Shown: positions 33,958 through 43,078 of the stretch, one piece after another
Position numbering within the stretch: the stretch's first letter is position 1
Layout of the letters: the number at the start of each line of letters is the position of its first letter
From: Escherichia coli
GTDB lineage: Bacteria; Pseudomonadota; Gammaproteobacteria; Enterobacterales; Enterobacteriaceae
DNA: 64,000 nt
Assembly (NCBI RefSeq): GCF_003334765.1
Contig: NZ_QOWT01000006.1
Strand: one strand, 5' to 3'
The notes under the pieces: model-generated
Seen by the model: only the letters and a program-made list of their open reading frames with translations
What the model was told of the DNA's origin: nothing
Database searches by the model: none
Made by a program: the position numbers and the translations under genes

Positions 33958-35374
33958 AACCGCTCTCCAGAAGCGCCCGTTGGCGCAGCAATGAACATGG
34001 GCGATAGCGTTCTTCGCCATAGTGATGCTGTAGATTTTCAAGGAGCCTTAATATTCGCTGCCAGCCAAGTTGCGCTCCCCAGGCAAGTGGGCCATATGGA
34101 TAATTCACCCCAAGACGCATGGCGGTATCGATATCCTGTTCAGAGGCCACGCCTTTTTGAAGCGCATCAAGGGCTTCATTGATGATCATTGCTACCGTTC
34201 GCCAAATCAGCATTCCTGGGTAATCTGCAATTTGCAGCACTGTTTTGCCCTGCTGTTGCAGGTAATAAATGGCCTTGCGGGTCGCTGAGTCCGGGTTCAC
34301 CGCTGCAGCAGCAATGGTCACCACCTTGCCCGCCATTTTATCGATCACTACCACCGGGCGTGCCAGTCGTATTGCCAGCGCCTGTGCCGTCTCGCCTTGT
34401 GTCTCAATCAATAAAACATCGTCAATTTCCGTGACACCGTCACTTTTCTTTTCTACTTTCATTGGGCTAAAACTGTCGCTTACCGCTTCCAGGCCAACAA
34501 CTGCCTCACGTTCCGCGCGCCAGTCGTACACGCCCAGCCCACTTTTCTTGCCCAACCGTCCACCAATCACCAGTTCCTGTTGCACCAGCGAAGGTAAAAA
34601 ACGACGCTCCTGCCAGAAAGCGTTAAACACCGAACAGGTGACAGCAAAATTGACGTCCTGACCAATCAGATCGGTTAATTCCAGCGGCCCCATCGGGAAA
34701 CCAGCGCCATCGCGAAGTGCAGCGTCAATCACTTCTGGTGCAGCAACCTGCTCTTCCAGTGCCCGCCAGGCCTCGGAATAATAAGGACGCGCAACACGGT
34801 TAACGATAAATCCAGGAGTCGAATGACAGCGCACAGGCTGCTTACCCCAACTCAACGTTAGTTCACACAACTGCTCAACAACTTCCGCCGCCGTTGCCAG
34901 CCCACTGACCACCTCCACCAACTTCATCACCGGTGCCGGGTTAAAAAAATGCAGCCCCGCAACACGTTCAGGATTTTTTATCTCCGCAGCAATCGCGGTT
35001 ATAGAGATTGACGAAGTGTTAGTGGTCAATAGCGTTTGTGGCGGGCAAACTTCCGCCAGCTGTGCAAAGAGCGCTTTTTTGACTTCCAGACGTTCAGACG
35101 CCGCTTCAATGACCAGGTCCGCAGCTGCCAGCGCGTGAATATCGGTCACCGGGATCAGGCGTTTCAATGTGCGTTCACAGGTTTCAGCAGTCAGTTTTCC
35201 CCGCGTCACGCGTGAATTTAGCCGCGCGTGTATCCCGTCGATTGCGCGGGTCAGCGCTTCAGCAGAAATGTCATACAGTAAAACCTGGTGTCCATGACTG
35301 GCAGCAACTTCAGCAATGCCTGCCCCCATGGTGCCGCTCCCAATCACTGCCACAGTTTGCACATTTATCATCAT
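33947..35374 (-). CDS. paaH: 3-hydroxyadipyl-CoA dehydrogenase (475 aa)
   Basis: ORF 33947..35470 (-) with internal ATGATG at 35369-35374 giving MMINVQTVAVIGSGTMGAGIAEVAASHG… (Rossmann GxGxxG). Confidence 0.94.
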   Translation of the reverse strand: MMINVQTVAVIGSGTMGAGIAEVAASHGHQVLLYDISAEALTRAIDGIHARLNSRVTRGKLTAETCERTLKRLIPVTDIHALAAADLVIEAASERLEVKKALFAQLAEVCPPQTLLTTNTSSISITAIAAEIKNPERVAGLHFFNPAPVMKLVEVVSGLATAAEVVEQLCELTLSWGKQPVRCHSTPGFIVNRVARPYYSEAWRALEEQVAAPEVIDAALRDGAGFPMGPLELTDLIGQDVNFAVTCSVFNAFWQERRFLPSLVQQELVIGGRLGKKSGLGVYDWRAEREAVVGLEAVSDSFSPMKVEKKSDGVTEIDDVLLIETQGETAQALAIRLARPVVVIDKMAGKVVTIAAAAVNPDSATRKAIYYLQQQGKTVLQIADYPGMLIWRTVAMIINEALDALQKGVASEQDIDTAMRLGVNYPYGPLAWGAQLGWQRILRLLENLQHHYGEERYRPCSLLRQRALLESGYES

Positions 35375-35375
35375 G

Positions 35376-36164
35376 CTATTTCCCCGTGAACTGCGGTGAG
35401 CGTTTAGCCAGGAACGCACTGACACCTTCACGATAATCTGCGCTCCGTCCGGCAAGTCGCTGATAGTCACGTTCCAGATCCAGTTGCGTATCGAGCGTAT
35501 TGGTTTCAGCGCTATTTATCGCTTGCTTGATAAGTCCAAGACCAAATGTCGGTTGTGTCGCCAGATGCCGTGCCAGCTGTTGCGCGGTATCTGCCAGCGT
35601 TTCATCATCAACAACCTGCCAGATCATCCCCCATTCGTGCGCCTGTTCAGCACTCAGTTGATTCCCCAGCAGTGCCAGCCCCATGGCGCGCGCTCGTCCG
35701 GCAACGCGTGGCAGTAACCAGGTTCCACCGCAATCGGGTATTAAGCCTAACTTACTAAACGCCATGACGAATTTTGCTGAACGGGCAGCAATAACGATGT
35801 CGCCCCCCAGTGCCAGTGTTGCGCCTGCCCCTGCCGCCACGCCATTGACTGCACAGATCACCGGTTTTGGCAGTTTTGCCAGGCGACGTACCAGTGGGTT
35901 ATAGAAACGTTCAACTGACATCCCTAAATCCGGTGCGGGGCCTGTGGGATCAACGTTACGATCGTTAAGATCCTGACCAGCACAAAATCCGCGCCCGGCA
36001 CCTGTAAGTAACAGGCAACGGATAGTGTCGTCGCGCTCGACCTGTTTCAGGCACTCTGCCAGTTGTGCGTGCATCTCATCATTAAAACTGTTCAGGCGTT
36101 CCGGGCGGTTGAGCGTTAGTGTCATCACGCCCTTTTCTACATGACTGAGGATGAATTCCATCAT
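35376..36164 (-). CDS. paaG: 1,2-epoxyphenylacetyl-CoA isomerase, enoyl-CoA hydratase/isomerase family (262 aa)
   Basis: ORF 35376..36164 (-), 262 aa, MMEFILSHVEKGVMTLTLNRPERLNSF…. Confidence 0.95.
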   Translation of the reverse strand: MMEFILSHVEKGVMTLTLNRPERLNSFNDEMHAQLAECLKQVERDDTIRCLLLTGAGRGFCAGQDLNDRNVDPTGPAPDLGMSVERFYNPLVRRLAKLPKPVICAVNGVAAGAGATLALGGDIVIAARSAKFVMAFSKLGLIPDCGGTWLLPRVAGRARAMGLALLGNQLSAEQAHEWGMIWQVVDDETLADTAQQLARHLATQPTFGLGLIKQAINSAETNTLDTQLDLERDYQRLAGRSADYREGVSAFLAKRSPQFTGK

Positions 36165-36931
36165 TAGCGTCCTTTAAAGTCGGGCGTGCGTTTTTGTAAG
36201 AAAGCGGAGATGCCTTCATGACGATCTTCTGTTGCCGCCAGCAAGGTGAATAACTGTCGCTCCTGGGCAAGTCCGGCTTGCAAAGCCACTTCCTGCGACT
36301 GGCGCAGCGCTTGCTTTGCCGCTTGTAAGGCCAGCGGCGAGTGACGTGCCATTTTCGATGCCAGCTGTAAGGCGTATTCGAGGGTTAAATCGCTGGGGAA
36401 GACGTCGCTAACCAGCCCGGCCTGCTGTGCTTGCTGAGCGGTGATACTTTCTCCGCTCAGCACCATTTTGCTGGCTAACGATTTACCGACACTACGGATT
36501 AAACGTTGCGTTCCGCCTGCGCCAGGCATGATGCCGAGAGTGATTTCCGGCAACCCAAAACGCGCGTTCTCTCCGGCAACCACCACATCGCACAACAATG
36601 CCAGTTCGCAACCCGCCCCAAGCGCGTAACCATTGACGGCTGCGATAAGTGGTTTATTAAAGGCCTGCAATCGCGCCCATAGCTGCGGACGTGTATCGTT
36701 TAAGGTGGCCGCGAGATCTTTTTCTGCCATTTCGTTGAGATCGGCCCCAGCGGCAAAAAAGCGTGCATTACCGGTAATCACACAGACCGAAATGCTGGTA
36801 TCGGTAGCCGCAGCTTCCAGTTCATTTACCAGTTGCATCAGCAGGGCATTATTTAGCGCATTACGTGCGGCGGGACGGTTAAGGGTCAGCAACAATACTC
36901 GTTGCTGACGGCTGACGATCAGTTCGCTCAT
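36164..36931 (-). CDS. paaF: 2,3-dehydroadipyl-CoA hydratase (255 aa)
   Basis: ORF 36164..36931 (-), 255 aa, MSELIVSRQQRVLLLTLNRPAARNALN…. Confidence 0.95.
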   Translation of the reverse strand: MSELIVSRQQRVLLLTLNRPAARNALNNALLMQLVNELEAAATDTSISVCVITGNARFFAAGADLNEMAEKDLAATLNDTRPQLWARLQAFNKPLIAAVNGYALGAGCELALLCDVVVAGENARFGLPEITLGIMPGAGGTQRLIRSVGKSLASKMVLSGESITAQQAQQAGLVSDVFPSDLTLEYALQLASKMARHSPLALQAAKQALRQSQEVALQAGLAQERQLFTLLAATEDRHEGISAFLQKRTPDFKGR

Positions 36932-37998
36932 GCCATCCCCTTCGCGTCAAAGTCAACCACCACATCGCTGGTCAGCGGCAGTGCCTGGCAACTCAACACA
37001 TAACCTGCGGCCAGTTCATCCGGTTCCAGACTGTAATTGGTTTCCATCGCCACTTTGCCACGCAGCACTTTGCATTTGCAGGTCGCACAGACGCCGCCTT
37101 TGCAGGCATAGGGCAGATCCGCCCCCTGGCGCAATGCCGCATCGAGAATGCTTTCATCGTCGGCATTAAGCACGATTTCCCGATCCCGCCCATCCTGACG
37201 TACAGTCACTTTTTGTCCGTCACTTTGCACGTTAACGCTACGTTTGACGCGCGTGCCAGGCGTATTAAACCGCTCCAGATGAATGGTTTTATCTGGCATT
37301 CCCAGTGCTTTTAAGGCGGTTTCCGCGTCATCCATCATCGCCGCCGGACCACAAATAAATGCCTCATCATAAAGACGAAAATTAATGAGCGAGGCCCCAA
37401 GTGACTGTAATTTTTCACCGTCAATACGCCCGTGAAGCAGATCGCTGTCGAGGGTTTCCTGACTGAAAATGCACAACAACTGTAAACGCTGAGGATATTT
37501 GTCTTTCAGGTCTGCCAGTGCCTGGCGAAACATCATGCTCTGGCTGGTACGGTTACCGTAGATCAGGGTGAACTGACTTTCAGGCTCGGTTTGTAAAGTG
37601 GTGGCGATAATCGCCAGCATTGGCGTAATACCTGATCCTGCTGCAATTGCCAGATAGCGCCCCTGGCGTTCGGCCTGCGGCTGATAGCCGAAATGCCCCT
37701 GCGGCACCATGACCTCCAGCGTCATACCCTGGCGGATGTGTTCGCGGGCATAGCGGGAGAAACGTCCGCCTTCAATGGCTTTCACCGCCACACTAATTTC
37801 GCCAGGCAGATAGCTGCGGCAAATGGAGTAACAACGGCGTAATTCTTCACCATCAAAGCTGGCTTTTAAGGTCAAATGTTGACCGGGGCGAAAGCGATAC
37901 GCCTCCTGCAAAGGCTGGGGCACCGCAAAGGTAATGGTCACCGCATCACGGGTTTCCGACTCGACTTTTGCCACTGTTAAGGAATGAAACGTTGTCAT
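36928..37998 (-). CDS. paaE: Reductase component of phenylacetyl-CoA 1,2-epoxidase (FAD/NAD-binding plus 2Fe-2S ferredoxin; 356 aa)
   Basis: ORF 36928..38208 (-) with internal ATG at 37996-37998 giving MTTFHSLTVAKVESETRDAVTITF…; C-terminal plant-type ferredoxin Cys cluster (…CKGGVCATCKCKV…). Confidence 0.94.
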   Translation of the reverse strand: MTTFHSLTVAKVESETRDAVTITFAVPQPLQEAYRFRPGQHLTLKASFDGEELRRCYSICRSYLPGEISVAVKAIEGGRFSRYAREHIRQGMTLEVMVPQGHFGYQPQAERQGRYLAIAAGSGITPMLAIIATTLQTEPESQFTLIYGNRTSQSMMFRQALADLKDKYPQRLQLLCIFSQETLDSDLLHGRIDGEKLQSLGASLINFRLYDEAFICGPAAMMDDAETALKALGMPDKTIHLERFNTPGTRVKRSVNVQSDGQKVTVRQDGRDREIVLNADDESILDAALRQGADLPYACKGGVCATCKCKVLRGKVAMETNYSLEPDELAAGYVLSCQALPLTSDVVVDFDAKGMA

Positions 37999-38005
37999 GG
38001 CATCC

Positions 38006-38503
38006 TCAAATACATTTGAAATAATCGAAAGGTTCGCGGCAACTATCGCAGCGGTACAATGCTTTGCAGGCCGTGGAACCAAATTCACTGATAAGTGTGG
38101 TATGGACGCTGGCGCAGCGCGGGCAACGTACTTCTGGCGGCAAATGGGCATGGCAACTGTGTCCGGCGGGCGGGCTAATGCCATACTCTCGCAGACGCTC
38201 ACGGGCATCGGGGGTCATCCAGTCGGTGGTCCATGCCGGGTCGAGTTGCAGCACAACCTGAACGGGGGTAAACCCGTTGGTTGTCATTGCCTCACGTATC
38301 GCGCCAATCAAATGTTCCGTTGCCGGACAACCGGAATATGTCGGCGTAAAGCCGATCACCCATCCTTCTCCCATCTGTGTCACATTACGCACCATGCCTA
38401 AATCAGTAATGGTCAGCACCGGGATCTCCGGGTCCGGGATCTGGCTGAGTAGCGCCCATATCTCATGAACCTGTGGCGGTGCAATGGTGGCCAGACGTTG
38501 CAT
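38006..38503 (-). CDS. paaD: PaaD, epoxidase maturation/assembly protein (165 aa)
   Basis: ORF 38006..38524 (-); ATG at 38501-38503 gives MQRLATIAPPQVHEIWALLSQ… (start choice by recollection of the 165-aa product). Confidence 0.9.
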   Translation of the reverse strand: MQRLATIAPPQVHEIWALLSQIPDPEIPVLTITDLGMVRNVTQMGEGWVIGFTPTYSGCPATEHLIGAIREAMTTNGFTPVQVVLQLDPAWTTDWMTPDARERLREYGISPPAGHSCHAHLPPEVRCPRCASVHTTLISEFGSTACKALYRCDSCREPFDYFKCI

Positions 38504-38517
38504 ACCCATCTCCTCTG

Positions 38518-39264
38518 TTACCATTGCTGACCGGGCAAGACACGCTGGAGATACTGCATTTCTGCCAGCATGGGTCCAAGGTGTTCGGTATGCAGTCCTT
38601 TTTTACCGCCAGTGCGATACGCCTGCTCTTGCGGTACGTTCAATGTGGCTTCGTTGATCCCGGCAAAAACTTCGGCTTCCCACGCTGCGCGTAAAGTGCG
38701 TGGATCAACCGCAATACCCTCTTCACTCAGTGCAATATCAATCTCGTCGGCATCGAACAGTTCGGCGGTAAAACGCCACAACTTGTTGATGGCCTGCTGC
38801 ATCTTTTGCCCTGATACGTCAGTACCATTGCCCAGTCGCTCCAGCCAGCCACGACTAAAACGCAGGTGATAGCGCGCTTCTTTAATTGCTTTGGCAGAAA
38901 TCGCCGCCAGTTGCGGATCACGGCTTTCCATCAGACGGGTAAAGAGCGCCACATGCCATGCATCGATGAAATACTGGCGTGCAATGGTGTCGGCAAAATT
39001 GCCGTTTGGTTGTTCAACCAACAATAAGTTGCTGAACTGGCGCTCGTCTCGGGTGAAGGCCAGGGTATCTTCATCGCCTTCTCCCGCTAATTCAGCGGCA
39101 TACGATAAGAAGTTGCGTGCCTGACCTAATAAATCGAGGCCAATGTTTGCCAGTGCGAGATCGATTTCCAGTTCCGGTGCGTGACCGCACCATTCACCCA
39201 ACCGCTGGGAGAGCACCAGGCAGTTATCGCCCAGGCGCAAGGTGTAAGCCGTTAACTGATTCAT
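38518..39264 (-). CDS. paaC: Phenylacetyl-CoA 1,2-epoxidase subunit C (248 aa)
   Basis: ORF 38518..39276 (-); ATG at 39262-39264 gives MNQLTAYTLRLGDNCLVLSQRLGEW…. Confidence 0.93.
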   Translation of the reverse strand: MNQLTAYTLRLGDNCLVLSQRLGEWCGHAPELEIDLALANIGLDLLGQARNFLSYAAELAGEGDEDTLAFTRDERQFSNLLLVEQPNGNFADTIARQYFIDAWHVALFTRLMESRDPQLAAISAKAIKEARYHLRFSRGWLERLGNGTDVSGQKMQQAINKLWRFTAELFDADEIDIALSEEGIAVDPRTLRAAWEAEVFAGINEATLNVPQEQAYRTGGKKGLHTEHLGPMLAEMQYLQRVLPGQQW

Positions 39265-39272
39265 TTCCGACC

Positions 39273-39560
39273 TCACATGTGCTCAATGCCATCAGGGATG
39301 GTGTAAAACGTTGGATGGCGATAGACCTTGCTTTCAGCCGGATCAAAAAATTCACCGCGTTCTTCCGGTTGCGAGGCAACAATTTCACTCGCCTTCACCA
39401 CCCAAATTGAACATCCTTCGCTACGACGGGTGTAAGCATCACGGGCATTTTCCAGTGCCATCCGCTCATCGGCAGCATGTAAACTGCCAACATGGCGGTG
39501 TGATAAGCCCTGTTTGCCACGCACGAAAACTTCGTATAACGGCCAGTAAACATTACTCAT
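39273..39560 (-). CDS. paaB: Phenylacetyl-CoA 1,2-epoxidase subunit B (95 aa)
   Basis: ORF 39273..39560 (-), 95 aa, MSNVYWPLYEVFVRGKQGLSHRHVGSL…. Confidence 0.95.
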   Translation of the reverse strand: MSNVYWPLYEVFVRGKQGLSHRHVGSLHAADERMALENARDAYTRRSEGCSIWVVKASEIVASQPEERGEFFDPAESKVYRHPTFYTIPDGIEHM

Positions 39561-39571
39561 TTTGAATCTCC

Positions 39572-40501
39572 TTATGCGACCTTACGGGCATGTTGTTTTT
39601 GTGCATGGGCCAGCGCTGCTTCCCGTACCCAGGTACCTTCTTCCCAGGCTTTACGTTTGGCGTCGAGCCTCTCCTGATTACAAATTCCGCGACCGTTAAT
39701 TACTTCGTTAAACTCCTGCCAGTCGATCTCACCAAAGCGGTAGTGACCGCTTTCAGTGTCAAAATGCAGATCCGGGTCAGGAACGGTCATACCGAGCATT
39801 TCAACCTGTGGAACGGTGTTATCCACGAAACGCTGGCGGAGTTCGTCGTTGGTGAAACGTTTGATTTTCCAGGTGAGACTTCTGGCGCTGTTTGGCGAGT
39901 TATCATCGTTTGGCCCGAACATCATTAAGGCTGGCCACCAGAAACGGTTAATGGCGTCTTGCAACATCTGCTTTTGAGCTTCGCTGCCCTGCGCCAGTGC
40001 CATGCAGGCTTCAAACCCCTGACGCTGGTGAAAACTCTCTTCTTTGCAGATTTTCACCATTGCTCTGGCATACGGGCCATAAGAAGTGCGGCATAACGCC
40101 ACCTGATTGACGATCGCTGCGCCATCCACCAGCCAGCCGATAACACCGATATCAGCCCAACTCAATGTCGGATAATTAAAGATGGAGGAATATTTCATCC
40201 GTCCGTCGAGCATTTTTTGGTAGATGTCTTCTCTGGCGCAGCCCAGTGTTTCGGCGGCGCTATAGAGATACAGACCATGACCGGCTTCATCCTGCACTTT
40301 GGCCAACAGAATGGCTTTACGCCGCAAGGTTGGTGCGCGAGTGATCCAGTTACCTTCAGGCAACATACCAACAATCTCGGAGTGCGCATGCTGCCCAATC
40401 TGGCGGATCAATGTCTTTCGGTAAGCATCGGGCATCCAGTCCTGTGGCTCGATAGCCGTTTCCTGGGCTATCCGTTGCTCAAAGCGTTCTTCTTGGGTCA
40501 C
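39572..40501 (-). CDS. paaA: Phenylacetyl-CoA 1,2-epoxidase catalytic subunit A (309 aa)
   Basis: ORF 39572..40501 (-), 309 aa, [29 protein letters not shown]…; di-iron ligand motifs (…EAGHGLY… EESFHQ…). Confidence 0.96.
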   Translation of the reverse strand: MTQEERFEQRIAQETAIEPQDWMPDAYRKTLIRQIGQHAHSEIVGMLPEGNWITRAPTLRRKAILLAKVQDEAGHGLYLYSAAETLGCAREDIYQKMLDGRMKYSSIFNYPTLSWADIGVIGWLVDGAAIVNQVALCRTSYGPYARAMVKICKEESFHQRQGFEACMALAQGSEAQKQMLQDAINRFWWPALMMFGPNDDNSPNSARSLTWKIKRFTNDELRQRFVDNTVPQVEMLGMTVPDPDLHFDTESGHYRFGEIDWQEFNEVINGRGICNQERLDAKRKAWEEGTWVREAALAHAQKQHARKVA

Positions 40502-40785
40502 GTCATCACCTTTACGATTCCAGTTTTCGTGAATTAATTAAAAACACGAATCACATTGTTTTATGAAAGTTACACAATAGTTAAGTAAAATCACAAATTT
40601 TGTATGTTTGAACTGTGACGGATTTCGCACCCTATTTTTATAAATCATTATTTATCAGTGCATTAATGTTTTCCGCAGTTGCTATACAGATCGCATAGTT
40701 AACATTTCGTTAAAAGATCCCTTGCTTTTTATGATTCGCGATTTAACTATTAGCAACAGAAATGTGAAACATCTGGAGAGTAGCG
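40502..40785. promoter_or_regulatory. Divergent paaA / paaZ promoter region with PaaX-type operator half-sites
   Basis: AT-rich 284-nt intergenic region; TGATTC-containing motifs at 40534-40543 (acacgaatca, paaA-proximal) and 40732-40742 (tgattcgcgat, paaZ-proximal), consistent with the PaaX operator core as I recall it. Confidence 0.6.
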
Positions 40786-42831
40786 ATGCAGCAGTTAGCC
40801 AGTTTCTTATCCGGTACCTGGCAGTCTGGCCGGGGCCGTAGCCGTTTGATTCACCACGCTATTAGCGGCGAGGCGTTATGGGAAGTGACCAGTGAAGGTC
40901 TTGATATGGCGGCTGCCCGCCAGTTTGCCATTGAAAAAGGTGCCCCCGCCCTTCGCGCTATGACCTTTATCGAACGTGCGGCGATGCTTAAAGCGGTCGC
41001 TAAACATCTGCTGAGTGAAAAAGAGCGTTTCTATGCTCTTTCTGCGCAAACAGGCGCAACGCGGGCAGACAGTTGGGTTGATATTGAAGGTGGCATTGGG
41101 ACGTTATTTACTTACGCCAGCCTCGGTAGCCGGGAGCTGCCTGACGATACGCTGTGGCCGGAAGATGAATTGATCCCCTTATCGAAAGAAGGTGGATTTG
41201 CCGCGCGCCATTTACTGACCTCAAAGTCAGGCGTGGCAGTGCATATTAACGCCTTTAACTTCCCCTGCTGGGGAATGCTGGAAAAGCTGGCACCAACGTG
41301 GCTGGGCGGAATGCCAGCCATCATCAAACCAGCTACCGCGACGGCCCAACTGACTCAGGCGATGGTGAAATCAATTGTCGATAGTGGTCTTGTTCCCGAA
41401 GGCGCAATTAGTCTGATCTGCGGTAGTGCTGGCGACTTGTTGGATCATCTGGACAGCCAGGATGTGGTGACTTTCACGGGGTCAGCGGCGACCGGACAGA
41501 TGCTGCGAGTTCAGCCAAATATCGTCGCCAAATCTATCCCCTTCACTATGGAAGCTGATTCCCTGAACTGCTGCGTACTGGGCGAAGATGTCACCCCGGA
41601 TCAACCGGAGTTTGCGCTGTTTATTCGTGAAGTTGTGCGTGAGATGACCACAAAAGCCGGGCAAAAATGTACGGCAATCCGGCGGATTATTGTGCCGCAG
41701 GCATTGGTTAATGCTGTCAGTGATGCTCTGGTTGCGCGATTACAGAAAGTCGTGGTCGGTGATCCTGCTCAGGAAGGCGTGAAAATGGGCGCACTGGTAA
41801 ATGCTGAGCAGCGTGCCGATGTGCAGGAAAAAGTGAACATATTGCTGGCTGCAGGATGCGAGATTCGCCTCGGTGGTCAGGCGGATTTATCTGCTGCGGG
41901 TGCCTTCTTCCCGCCAACCTTATTGTACTGTCCGCAGCCGGATGAAACACCGGCGGTACATGCAACAGAAGCCTTTGGCCCTGTCGCAACGCTGATGCCA
42001 GCACAAAACCAGCGACATGCTCTGCAACTGGCTTGTGCAGGCGGCGGTAGCCTTGCGGGAACGCTGGTGACGGCTGATCCGCAAATTGCGCGTCAGTTTA
42101 TTGCCGACGCGGCACGTACGCATGGGCGAATTCAGATCCTCAATGAAGAGTCGGCAAAAGAATCCACCGGGCATGGCTCCCCACTGCCACAACTGGTACA
42201 TGGTGGGCCTGGTCGCGCAGGAGGCGGTGAAGAATTAGGCGGTTTACGAGCGGTGAAACATTACATGCAGCGAACCGCTGTTCAGGGTAGTCCGACGATG
42301 CTTGCCGCTATCAGTAAACAGTGGGTGCGCGGTGCGAAAGTCGAAGAAGATCGTATTCATCCGTTCCGCAAATATTTTGAGGAGCTACAACCAGGCGACA
42401 GCCTGTTGACTCCCCGCCGCACAATGACAGAGGCCGATATTGTTAACTTTGCTTGCCTCAGCGGCGATCATTTCTATGCACATATGGATAAGATTGCTGC
42501 TGCCGAATCTATTTTCGGTGAGCGGGTGGTGCATGGGTATTTTGTGCTTTCTGCGGCTGCGGGTCTGTTTGTCGATGCCGGTGTCGGTCCGGTCATTGCT
42601 AACTACGGGCTGGAAAGCTTGCGTTTTATCGAACCCGTAAAGCCAGGCGATACCATCCAGGTGCGTCTCACCTGTAAGCGCAAGACGCTGAAAAAACAGC
42701 GTAGCGCAGAAGAAAAACCAACAGGTGTGGTGGAATGGGCTGTAGAGGTATTCAATCAGCATCAAACCCCGGTGGCGCTGTATTCAATTCTGACGCTGGT
42801 GGCCAGGCAGCACGGTGATTTTGTCGATTAA
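40786..42831 (+). CDS. paaZ: PaaZ, bifunctional oxepin-CoA hydrolase / 3-oxo-5,6-dehydrosuberyl-CoA semialdehyde dehydrogenase (ALDH N-domain plus MaoC-like hydratase C-domain; 681 aa)
   Basis: ORF 40786..42831 (+), 681 aa, [29 protein letters not shown]…. Confidence 0.96.
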
Positions 42832-42841
42832 TCGGTGAATG

Positions 42842-42875
42842 AAGGGCAACGGCGAATAGTTGCCCTTTTATTTCA
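42842..42875 (+). terminator. Rho-independent terminator of paaZ
   Basis: aagggcaac-ggcgaatag-ttgccctt followed by ttatttc, 10 nt after the paaZ stop. Confidence 0.6.
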
Positions 42876-42948
42876 CTAAGTTTTGTGACGTTGTCACATT
42901 ATGCATGATGTGTACATCTATTTTCAGGGCATCCACTGTATGAAAAGC

Positions 42949-42974
42949 TGGCACACCTGCCAAACAACCTGGCA
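42949..42974 (+). promoter_or_regulatory. Putative FeaR operator upstream of tynA
   Basis: TGGCA-N8-AAA-N5-TGGCA (tggcacacctgccaaacaacctggca) about 105 nt upstream of the tynA ATG; same architecture as the feaB-proximal site at 46981-47006. Confidence 0.5.
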
Positions 42975-43078
42975 GGTGCAGGCAATCCCCTTTGCATCAG
43001 TACTGATAATGTGAACCTGACTAAACCGCCCACAGAGCGCGGTTGCTAACAAGAACACAACATCTGACGAGGTTAATA

